DNA from: a virus
Lineage: Duplodnaviria; Caudoviricetes
Direction: 5' to 3' (one strand)
IMG/VR virus record: IMGVR_UViG_3300025598_000115
Location: 1-30,598 of that record
Length of the DNA stretch: 30,598 nucleotides
Shown here: positions 8,958 to 16,528 of the stretch, one piece after another
How positions within the stretch are numbered: the first letter of the stretch is position 1
Layout: every line of letters starts with the position of its first letter
Made by a program: the position numbers and the translations under genes
Notes under the pieces: generated by a model
Seen by the model: only the letters and a program-made list of their open reading frames with translations
What the model was told of the DNA's origin: nothing
Database searches by the model: none

Positions 8958-9823
8958 GTCAATTACTTATTACCACAGACGAACACGACTTTATTGTATT
9001 TGATTTAAATACTAATACAGTAACGCACAAACAAGACAAAACAGAAGAGCTACACGCGCACAATTTAGCAAACAGAGGTCGTCCAGTATTTAGACCCTTT
9101 GGTGTGGACTATGATGACAAATTTATTTATATTGCGTCAAATGATAAATTAGGAAAATTTAATCGTTCTGATTATACATTTAATTCACTGATTGATATTC
9201 CTTTATATATCAACACGCATCAAATTGTAAAAGATAAAGATACATTATTTGTATGTAACACGGCAGTTGACTGTATTGGCATTTATGATTTAAAAAACAA
9301 TACGAATAAACAATTCAATGTCAATTTATTAAATGTACATCATACACAACATGTGCCAAATAACGCGGATCAACTAGACTCAAGACACTTAAATTCATTA
9401 CTAAGTGTTAATGATAAATTATTATTTTGTCGACACAATCGAGGCATACCTAATTCAGACTTTGGTATTTTAGATAAAAATACACTTGAAGCTGAGATTA
9501 TTGTGAGGGCGGGTAAAAGCTGTCATGGTATCAGATTGATTGAGAACTATATGTATAGTTTGTCATCTAATACAGGTGAGATTTTAGAGATTAACTTGGA
9601 AACTAAAGAAGTATCTTCTTATCCAATCGTGGATCCTAAAGTGACATTCTTACGTGGATTAGAAATTATGGGTAACAAGATTATTATAGGGTGCTCAGTT
9701 AATTTTAAATCTAACACAGACCAATCAAGCCATTTAATGATCTTAGATTTAGATAGCAACACATTGGATAAATTCCAATTAGATGGTATTAAATTTATTA
9801 ACGACTTAAGGAGATTAGTATGA
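8954..9823 (+). CDS. Beta-propeller protein (DUF4915/TIGR03032-like)
   Basis: Repeated propeller-like blades with INTHQI, HLNSL, SCHGI and FLRGL...IIGCS motifs. The family assignment is from memory. Confidence 0.5.
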   Translation: MSQLLITTDEHDFIVFDLNTNTVTHKQDKTEELHAHNLANRGRPVFRPFGVDYDDKFIYIASNDKLGKFNRSDYTFNSLIDIPLYINTHQIVKDKDTLFVCNTAVDCIGIYDLKNNTNKQFNVNLLNVHHTQHVPNNADQLDSRHLNSLLSVNDKLLFCRHNRGIPNSDFGILDKNTLEAEIIVRAGKSCHGIRLIENYMYSLSSNTGEILEINLETKEVSSYPIVDPKVTFLRGLEIMGNKIIIGCSVNFKSNTDQSSHLMILDLDSNTLDKFQLDGIKFINDLRRLV

Positions 9824-10047
9824 AACAAAAATTATTAGAATTAAAAGATTTTATTGTTGAGGTATTACTTTTTGGTTTCAGAGTGTTTATTCGCTGCGTT
9901 GAAGCATTTTTAGATGAAGCACAAATCTTAGCACTAGCATTAGACACACTAATCAATAACGAAATTGTAAAAGAAGAAGCTGTAACTAAAGCTGATGCCG
10001 AACCAGAGGTTGGTACTGGCACAACACCAACACCCCCAGCTGCCTGA
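9820..10047 (+). CDS. Hypothetical protein at the start of the lysis cassette
   Basis: AAGGAG ribosome-binding site, ATGA overlap, amphipathic N-terminal half and acidic/Pro-rich tail. Confidence 0.6.
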   Translation: MKQKLLELKDFIVEVLLFGFRVFIRCVEAFLDEAQILALALDTLINNEIVKEEAVTKADAEPEVGTGTTPTPPAA

Positions 10048-10065
10048 ATCGCTGTAGCTATTGTT

Positions 10066-10503
10066 ATGAGTTTATTAAGTATATTCTCAGTTCACTGGTC
10101 ATCATTTAACTGGCTCTTAGGTATCCTACCCACATGGTTGCCTACGGCCATTATGGTAACAGGTATTGGATTACTTCTTATTGAGATTATACTAGAGGCG
10201 ATCGATAGGGTACCTAGTATTTATAGATTGCCTATGAGGCTCTTGGCATTAGCGATCTTCGCGTACGGGGCCTATATAAAAGGCCGTCAGGATGTTTTGG
10301 TAGAGTACAAACAAGAAATAGATATAATTAAAAAACAACAAGTGACCGTAACTACCAAGATTAAAAATAACTATGTCAAACAAATTAAAGATATCAAACT
10401 TGCAAATGAAAAACTTAAAAAGACAATTAGTGATAAAGACAATGCTGATTGCAGGTTGCCTAAGTCTTTTATCGAGTTGCACAACAACGCAGCTAAAGAC
10501 TGA
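10066..10503 (+). CDS. Rz: Inner-membrane spanin (Rz-like)
   Basis: N-terminal transmembrane segments, then a coiled coil, then a C-terminal CRLP..FIELHN motif; overlapped by a lipoprotein ORF in the +1 frame. Confidence 0.75.
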   Translation: MSLLSIFSVHWSSFNWLLGILPTWLPTAIMVTGIGLLLIEIILEAIDRVPSIYRLPMRLLALAIFAYGAYIKGRQDVLVEYKQEIDIIKKQQVTVTTKIKNNYVKQIKDIKLANEKLKKTISDKDNADCRLPKSFIELHNNAAKD

Positions 10504-10684
10504 TTTTCCAACACCGCCTGGGGAGTTGATGCTTGTTCCACCTAATTTACATACTCTGCCTGATAGTGCTTCTCTATCTACCACTGAGGGTGTAATTGTA
10601 GATAACTACACTGCGTATCATACCGTTGCCGAGCAATTAAAAGAATTGCAAAACTGGGTTAAAGAACAAACTAAAGTAAAATGA
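10406..10684 (+). CDS. Rz1: Outer-membrane lipoprotein spanin (Rz1-like)
   Basis: MKNLKR...MLIAGCLSLLSS-C lipobox followed by Pro-rich FPTPPGELMLVPP; overlaps the 3' end of Rz. The start is uncertain (10373, 10406 or 10442). Confidence 0.78.
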   Translation: MKNLKRQLVIKTMLIAGCLSLLSSCTTTQLKTDFPTPPGELMLVPPNLHTLPDSASLSTTEGVIVDNYTAYHTVAEQLKELQNWVKEQTKVK

Positions 10685-10929
10685 AAGACCTTTTAAACCA
10701 ATTACTTACAGGAAGAGATAACAAGACTCACGATATTGCAAGATGGTCTTGGTTTATCACAACCGTTGTAATTATAGTAGGCGCGATATGGAATACCTAC
10801 TATGGCCACGTGTTTAGCATGCAAGACTTTGCTAAATCCATTGGCATTATCGCCGGCGCACACGGAGCCTCGGTATTTATGAAAAAAGATTCAGAGCCGT
10901 CTGAGTCGCCAACCAATGAAGAGAAATAA
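10681..10929 (+). CDS. Putative holin (two transmembrane segments)
   Basis: 82 aa, two hydrophobic segments and a charged C-terminal tail, located within the lysis cassette. Confidence 0.6.
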   Translation: MKDLLNQLLTGRDNKTHDIARWSWFITTVVIIVGAIWNTYYGHVFSMQDFAKSIGIIAGAHGASVFMKKDSEPSESPTNEEK

Positions 10930-11162
10930 TGGAAATGCAATCACTCATTAATACGATCTTACCGCTCATTTGCGTATGTATTGGCTGGTTCTGTAAAGAA
11001 CTGTGGACTGCCGTTCAAGAACTCAAAGAAGATCTATCTGAACTAAAAGCATCAATTCCCTCTATTTATATGAGACGAGACGAGTTTCATGACCGTTGGG
11101 ACGAGATTATCAATTTACTTCACAGAATTGAAGATAAGCTTGACCAAAAGGTAGATAAGTAG
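10929..11162 (+). CDS. Single-TM coiled-coil membrane protein (holin/antiholin-like)
   Basis: N-terminal transmembrane segment (LINTILPLICVCIGWFC), a coiled coil ending RIEDKLDQKVDK; immediately upstream of the endolysin. Confidence 0.55.
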   Translation: MEMQSLINTILPLICVCIGWFCKELWTAVQELKEDLSELKASIPSIYMRRDEFHDRWDEIINLLHRIEDKLDQKVDK

Positions 11163-11175
11163 TAATATATCCCTT

Positions 11176-11769
11176 ATGGATATAAATCAAATAAAAGCAT
11201 TAAAAATCGAAGAAGTTTGGTTAAACCCAATCAACAAAGTATTCGATAAGTATGAAATCAACACACCACTCAGGCAGGCAGCCTTTATAGGCCAGTGCCA
11301 GCACGAAAGTGTCAATTTTAAAAGACTTGAGGAAGACCTTAACTATAGCAGTGAGCGTCTTTGTCAAGTCTTTCCAAATCGTTTCAAATCCATTGAAGAG
11401 GCCTCTCCATATAACTACAACCCAATTAAAATTGGTAACAAGATATATGCTGATCGCTTAGGTAATGGTGATGAAGCAAGCGGTGACGGCTATCGCTTTC
11501 GGGGCCGTGGTATTATCCAAATTACCGGAAAAAATCTCTACAGTGTGGCATCTAATGACCTAGGTGCTGATTTTGTAAAAAATCCAGAACTTGTAGCCAC
11601 ACCACTTTACGCGGTACTCACCGCCGGGTGGTACTGGAATAGAAACAGCCTAAACCTATTGGCTGATCATAAGGAGTATACAACGATGACAAAACGTATC
11701 AATGGCGGACTCAATGGACTTGACAGCCGCATCTCAAAAATAGAAGAAGCTTTCCGCATTCTTTCCTAA
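11176..11769 (+). CDS. Endolysin, glycoside hydrolase family 19
   Basis: AAFIGQCQHES, LEE, FRGRGIIQITG..Y, AGWYW and TKRINGG.NGL..R motifs. Confidence 0.93.
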   Translation: MDINQIKALKIEEVWLNPINKVFDKYEINTPLRQAAFIGQCQHESVNFKRLEEDLNYSSERLCQVFPNRFKSIEEASPYNYNPIKIGNKIYADRLGNGDEASGDGYRFRGRGIIQITGKNLYSVASNDLGADFVKNPELVATPLYAVLTAGWYWNRNSLNLLADHKEYTTMTKRINGGLNGLDSRISKIEEAFRILS

Positions 11770-11831
11770 ATAAATCCCATCATTTTAATCTACTAAATTT
11801 ACGGTAATAAAGCGTAAAGGAAGGAGCCACA

Positions 11832-12347
11832 ATGAAACATTTACATATGATTGTTTGCGTAATTGGATTGCTTATCTCTAGTGTATGTAACACAGGGCAA
11901 TCATTCACATTTGACAATTTTAAACCACACCATCTTGTTTTTATCAAACGTTTGGAAGGGTACAGCAACACGGCGTACCGTGACGCTAAAGGACTATATA
12001 CGATTGGCATAGGTCACCTTATTAAGCCATCTGAAAAGCATCTTAAGACAGCTTTTTTAACTGATAAAGAAGTCACTCAATTATTTGAGTCGGACTTAAG
12101 TATTTGTAAAGCCGCGGTAGAGGAATCTATTGATGTGCCATTGGGTGAGTTTCAGTACGATGCGCTCTATAGCCTGTGCTTTAACATTGGTGCAGATAAC
12201 TTTAAACGTTCTTTGGTTGTCAAAAGACTTAACCAAAATGACATAAAAGGGGCCGCTAATGCCATACTTTTATGGAACAAACCCGCCAATTTGGAGTACA
12301 GACGTAGAGTCGAAAGAGAATTATTTCTGGCGGGGCGTAAAGTATAG
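11832..12347 (+). CDS. Lysozyme, glycoside hydrolase family 24, with N-terminal signal/SAR-like segment
   Basis: E-X8-D-X5-T triad (E-GYSNTAYR-D-AKGLY-T) followed by IGIGH; QYDALYSLCFNIG; RRxxERxLF; AAGGAG ribosome-binding site. Confidence 0.92.
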   Translation: MKHLHMIVCVIGLLISSVCNTGQSFTFDNFKPHHLVFIKRLEGYSNTAYRDAKGLYTIGIGHLIKPSEKHLKTAFLTDKEVTQLFESDLSICKAAVEESIDVPLGEFQYDALYSLCFNIGADNFKRSLVVKRLNQNDIKGAANAILLWNKPANLEYRRRVERELFLAGRKV

Positions 12348-12364
12348 TAAATATGCATTAGTAT
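12333..12364 (+). promoter_or_regulatory. Candidate phage late promoter, copy 1: GGGCGTAAA-N12-TGCATTAGTAT
   Basis: Both boxes and the spacer length are identical to the copy at 18914-18945; lies 54 nt upstream of the ATG at 12419. Confidence 0.65.
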
Positions 12365-12418
12365 GGATAAGGGCTGATCTCCCTATTCTATTCAATTTAA
12401 CCTCGAGGAAATACCATA

Positions 12419-13393
12419 ATGGACGGATTCAAAAAACTACCTAAGATGAAAACAGGCGGCAGCGTATGTGAGGCTGTTAAAAAATGCTATGGCGGCTCAA
12501 TGAAAAAAGGCGGCAAGTACAAAGAAGGCGGCGACATTAAACAAGACAAAGCCCTCATTAAAAAAGCATTCAAGCAACATGATGAAGCAGAGCACGACAA
12601 AGAGCCAACAGAAATCAAATTAAAACATGGTGGCCGTTCTAAAAAAGAAGCTGGTACAGTTAAAAAATACAAAGCGGGTGGCGCAATCGAGATGAAAAAA
12701 TCTTCAGGCGATTTAGACACTATTAAGAAGATTAAAGCTACTAAAAACAAAAAAGCTGATGCTCCAAACAAAGCAACATTAAGACCTAACTTAAAAGGTT
12801 CTGACGTAGAAAAAGAAAAATCAAAACCAGCTGGCGAAAAAGATACTATCAAAAAAGTACCACCAACAGGTGACAAAAAAGCGGACGCACCAAACAAGGC
12901 CGCAGTTAAAAAAGCACCTAAGGGTGAAGATGCCGTTGATGATATTGATGGTATGAAAAAAGGTCACGCTGTAAAAAAGCATAAAGCTGGCGGTCATATT
13001 AAGCACATGGCTGACGGCGCATTAACTGCTCCTATTCTTCCTCCAAATATTCAACAACAATTAGCAATAGCACAAGCATTGCAATCTGCTGGTCAACAAG
13101 CACAACAAGGAATGCAATCTGGTCAACAAGTTAATCCTAATGCAATGAATACAACATTAAATTCACCATATGGACCTAATCGTTTGTCAAGCACGCAAAT
13201 GCAAATGGCTAATCGTGCAGCAGCCACAGGCGCAAATGTTCCATCTAGTGCTAATCAACCTCCTGCGTATCCATACACAGCGAATGATGTGATGAATAAT
13301 CAATTCTCAAGAAGTGGATTAAATAACAAAGCTGTAGATGCATTATTAGGATCAATGGCTAAACGTGGTATGTTTTCTCACACTGGGGACTAA
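12419..13393 (+). CDS. Lys-rich low-complexity protein with repeated x-K-x-G-G motifs (putative internal virion protein)
   Basis: GAGGA ribosome-binding site; MKTGG, MKKGG, YKEGG, LKHGG, YKAGG and HKAGG; duplicated DTIKK....KKADAPNKA; Gln/Asn-rich tail. Confidence 0.7.
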   Translation: MDGFKKLPKMKTGGSVCEAVKKCYGGSMKKGGKYKEGGDIKQDKALIKKAFKQHDEAEHDKEPTEIKLKHGGRSKKEAGTVKKYKAGGAIEMKKSSGDLDTIKKIKATKNKKADAPNKATLRPNLKGSDVEKEKSKPAGEKDTIKKVPPTGDKKADAPNKAAVKKAPKGEDAVDDIDGMKKGHAVKKHKAGGHIKHMADGALTAPILPPNIQQQLAIAQALQSAGQQAQQGMQSGQQVNPNAMNTTLNSPYGPNRLSSTQMQMANRAAATGANVPSSANQPPAYPYTANDVMNNQFSRSGLNNKAVDALLGSMAKRGMFSHTGD

Positions 13394-13395
13394 GA

Positions 13396-13569
13396 ATGCC
13401 AAGTAAATCTAAAGCACAACATAATCTCATGGAGGGTGTAGCCCACTCTCCATCTTTTGCAAAAAAAGTAGGGATTCCACAAAAAGTAGGTAAGGAGTTT
13501 GCCAAGGCTGATAAAGGTCGATCCTTTAGCTCTAAGCCTATGCGTAAAGCTGCTGGTCGCGGGAGATAA
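13396..13569 (+). CDS. Small basic phage protein (57 aa), absent from the ORF track
   Basis: Translated by hand as MPSKSKAQHNLMEGVAHSPSFAKKVGIPQKVGKEFAKADKGRSFSSKPMRKAAGRGR*. It has a GGGGA ribosome-binding site and fills the intergenic gap with 2 nt on each side. Confidence 0.85.
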   Translation: MPSKSKAQHNLMEGVAHSPSFAKKVGIPQKVGKEFAKADKGRSFSSKPMRKAAGRGR

Positions 13570-13571
13570 TC

Positions 13572-14642
13572 TTGGCGTACTCAGGTACTACTAACCAAAC
13601 TAAGATCAATGTAGATCAACTTATATCTTATGCCTACCGTGACGCAGGTAAAACTGCGGAAGAATTAACCCCAGAATATGTACAAGCAGGTAAACAAGCA
13701 CTTTTTTACATCCTACAAAATCTTTCTAACCGAGGTGTTAATCTTTGGTTACTTGAAGATTATGTGACTGGCGCCCAAACAAATCAACAATACATTAATA
13801 TGCCCGATGGCACGATTGATGTGCGTGAGGCTAACTGGGTTTATATTGTTAATCCAACGATTGCTGAAGCGCTTCCTGCAGACAATTTAAACTCACCCAA
13901 CCTATTTGATCAATCACTTAATTTAAACACTTACGCAACATCTACCGTGGGTGAAAATTGGTTTGGTGCTCAGTACCAACAACAAACACGTATTTTTTAC
14001 GTAGGCTACAATGCTTACGCACCAAGTGGCTCCGCTACTTATAACTTAGCGTTTGAAGTAAGTAATGACGGCGTGAACTGGGAGCTATGGGAACAATTCC
14101 CAGAAACAACACTAGCAGATCGTGAGTGGGCTTACTTTACAATCAATGCTACCCAAGCATTTTACTATTTTAGAATTCGTGAGACCGTAGCATCCACATT
14201 CTCACTCCGTGGTATCCAGTTTGCACAATCACAACAAGTCATTCCATTGGCTCGTTTAAATCGTGATGATTACTGGAACTTACCTAACAAACAATTCCCA
14301 AGCCAAAGATCATTACAGTACTGGTTTGATCGTACCATTGACCCTTCTATGTATCTATGGCCAGTACCAAACAATAACTTCCAAGTATTCCAGCTCATTA
14401 TAGAAAAACAAATGATGGACGTTGGTAACTTAACTAACGAGCTTTATGTGCCTGATCGTTGGATTGGTTCTATCCAAGCAACACTCTCACATAAACTTGC
14501 ACTACAATTACCTGGTGTTGATTTAAATCGTATTGCTTTATTAAAAGCTGAAGCAGTATCTCTTGAGGCTGATGCGGCCGCAGAAGAACGCGATAAATCT
14601 CCAATCTACTATCAACCAAATATTTCGTACTATACTAGATAA
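13572..14642 (+). CDS. Virion structural protein (head-tail adaptor-like) with inserted discoidin/F5-8-like domain
   Basis: TTG start with GGGAG ribosome-binding site; NRGVNLW and Y.NLPNK......QYWFDR....YLWPVP motifs; central FEVSNDGVNW...FYYFRIR insert. Confidence 0.6.
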   Translation: MAYSGTTNQTKINVDQLISYAYRDAGKTAEELTPEYVQAGKQALFYILQNLSNRGVNLWLLEDYVTGAQTNQQYINMPDGTIDVREANWVYIVNPTIAEALPADNLNSPNLFDQSLNLNTYATSTVGENWFGAQYQQQTRIFYVGYNAYAPSGSATYNLAFEVSNDGVNWELWEQFPETTLADREWAYFTINATQAFYYFRIRETVASTFSLRGIQFAQSQQVIPLARLNRDDYWNLPNKQFPSQRSLQYWFDRTIDPSMYLWPVPNNNFQVFQLIIEKQMMDVGNLTNELYVPDRWIGSIQATLSHKLALQLPGVDLNRIALLKAEAVSLEADAAAEERDKSPIYYQPNISYYTR

Positions 14643-15262
14643 TGACTAACGCATATCAACAAACTTATGATAATTTAGTTCAGGATGTTATCAATTACAT
14701 GGAAAGAACTGATGCTGATTTTGTGGCACAGATTCCATCTTTAATTGGTTTAGCAGAGGCCGCTATTGCCGCAGAGTTAAAGTCATTCCTACAACTAACT
14801 GTTGTGGAAACTACTTTGGCTGATGCTCAAACTATTTTACAAAAACCAGCAAGATGGCGTAAAACAGTATCCATGAAAATTAATGGAGAGCCTTTATTAT
14901 TAAGATCACAAGATTATGTAGCTCAATATTTAGCTGAATCCACTGAGACTCAACCACTTTATTACTCAGAATACGATTACAATAATTGGTTAATTGCACC
15001 AATACCAGATCAATCCTATCCTGTTGAAATTATTTATTATAGTTTGATTCAACCATTGGATTCATCAAATCAACAAAATCTATTTACGAGAGAGTGTCCA
15101 CAAGCGATGTTATTTGGCACATTACTTCAAGCGCAGGGATATTTAAAAGCACTTGACAAGCTTCCTGTTTGGAAACAATACTACACGGAATCTTTGGAGG
15201 CTCTCAAAAAAGAAGACAATACCCGTCGGGTGGATCGCAACACTACTGTTCAGGAACCTTAA
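14642..15262 (+). CDS. Putative head-tail adaptor protein
   Basis: YDNL..DV..YMER.D....IPSLIGLAE, IAPIPD..Y.VEI.YY and LFGTLLQA..YLK pattern; TAATG coupling. Confidence 0.6.
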   Translation: MTNAYQQTYDNLVQDVINYMERTDADFVAQIPSLIGLAEAAIAAELKSFLQLTVVETTLADAQTILQKPARWRKTVSMKINGEPLLLRSQDYVAQYLAESTETQPLYYSEYDYNNWLIAPIPDQSYPVEIIYYSLIQPLDSSNQQNLFTRECPQAMLFGTLLQAQGYLKALDKLPVWKQYYTESLEALKKEDNTRRVDRNTTVQEP

Positions 15263-15265
15263 TCT

Positions 15266-16528
15266 ATGTCAACATTTGTATCCCCATTTACAGGCACCAT
15301 CGTTCAACCGACCGATGTTTCATACTACGCCTTAACATTCTCAACCAACCAAACACTCTATTGGCCAACTGTTGTTAATCAAACAGAAGTACCATTGGCT
15401 CGTGTTATGGATTGTTCTGCATCTACCACTGGATTATCTATTACATTCCCAGCGGGTAATCAAGGTACCCTTGGCGCTGATGTACTTATTAGAAACCAGG
15501 GTGCCAATACATTTACAGTCAAAGATAATACCGGTTCTGCTATTGTTTCTATTGCACCTGGCGTATGTTTATATTTTTATCTTGTTGACAATACAACCGT
15601 TGCGGGTGTGTGGCACAACATTACATTTGGTGCAGCAACCTCGACAGCAAACGCTGCAAGTTTAGCAAGCTACGGATTAACCACAACCATTGCGGGTCAA
15701 TTAGCGACATCTGATAATGTAGTGACCGTATCAACATCACCAACATTTTCTGAAACAAGCCGCGCATCTACATACGTATGGACATCAGGTGCGGGATCAT
15801 TTAATTTACCTATCCCATCCACTTTAAACTCTGGTTGGTACGTGGGATTCAGAAATGGTGGGACGGGTGCGTTAACTATTACCCCACCAAGCCCAGCAAC
15901 CATCAATGGTCAATCAAGTATTATTACTAATCCAGGTGACTCCGGTATTATCCTTTACAATTCATCGGGTGGTAATTATTTTACTGTGGGTTGGAACGTA
16001 CCCGCTAACGTAACATTCTCTGCGGCAACATATGATGTAGATAGCATTGTAGGTAATGCATTTAGCTTAGTATCTTACGCTCCAATTATTCAAACTTATG
16101 TAGCATTATCCGGTACTAGAACATCAACACTTACCGTAACACTACCTAATATTACTCAATTATACGTATTAGTTAATAGCACGACATCAAGCGCATATAA
16201 TATTACATTTGCAATTTCTGGATCATCTTCTACTTTTGTATTACCTGCAAGTACAGTGGCCACAATTGTAGTGGACGCTGGAATTATCTATCCAATTACT
16301 CAATCCACAACATCAACATACTTTGCAAGTAATGGATCACAAACTAATCCATCATTTTCTTTTACAAGTGATATTCATACGGGTATGTATTTACAAGGTA
16401 CAAGTAAACTAGGATTAACAGCTAATAGTGTATTAATGTTAAATATTGATAATACCAATACTGGAAGCCCTCAAATATCAACACCAGCAACATTAAACGC
16501 TGGATTAATACCAGGTGGAACATTCTAA
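15266..16528 (+). CDS. Tail / fibre-anchoring structural protein
   Basis: Beta-rich Thr/Ser protein with repeated (T)LP....G..v.xRNxG...xT modules and GS.TNPSFSF.SD..TGMY; ends in GGTF. Confidence 0.6.
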   Translation: MSTFVSPFTGTIVQPTDVSYYALTFSTNQTLYWPTVVNQTEVPLARVMDCSASTTGLSITFPAGNQGTLGADVLIRNQGANTFTVKDNTGSAIVSIAPGVCLYFYLVDNTTVAGVWHNITFGAATSTANAASLASYGLTTTIAGQLATSDNVVTVSTSPTFSETSRASTYVWTSGAGSFNLPIPSTLNSGWYVGFRNGGTGALTITPPSPATINGQSSIITNPGDSGIILYNSSGGNYFTVGWNVPANVTFSAATYDVDSIVGNAFSLVSYAPIIQTYVALSGTRTSTLTVTLPNITQLYVLVNSTTSSAYNITFAISGSSSTFVLPASTVATIVVDAGIIYPITQSTTSTYFASNGSQTNPSFSFTSDIHTGMYLQGTSKLGLTANSVLMLNIDNTNTGSPQISTPATLNAGLIPGGTF

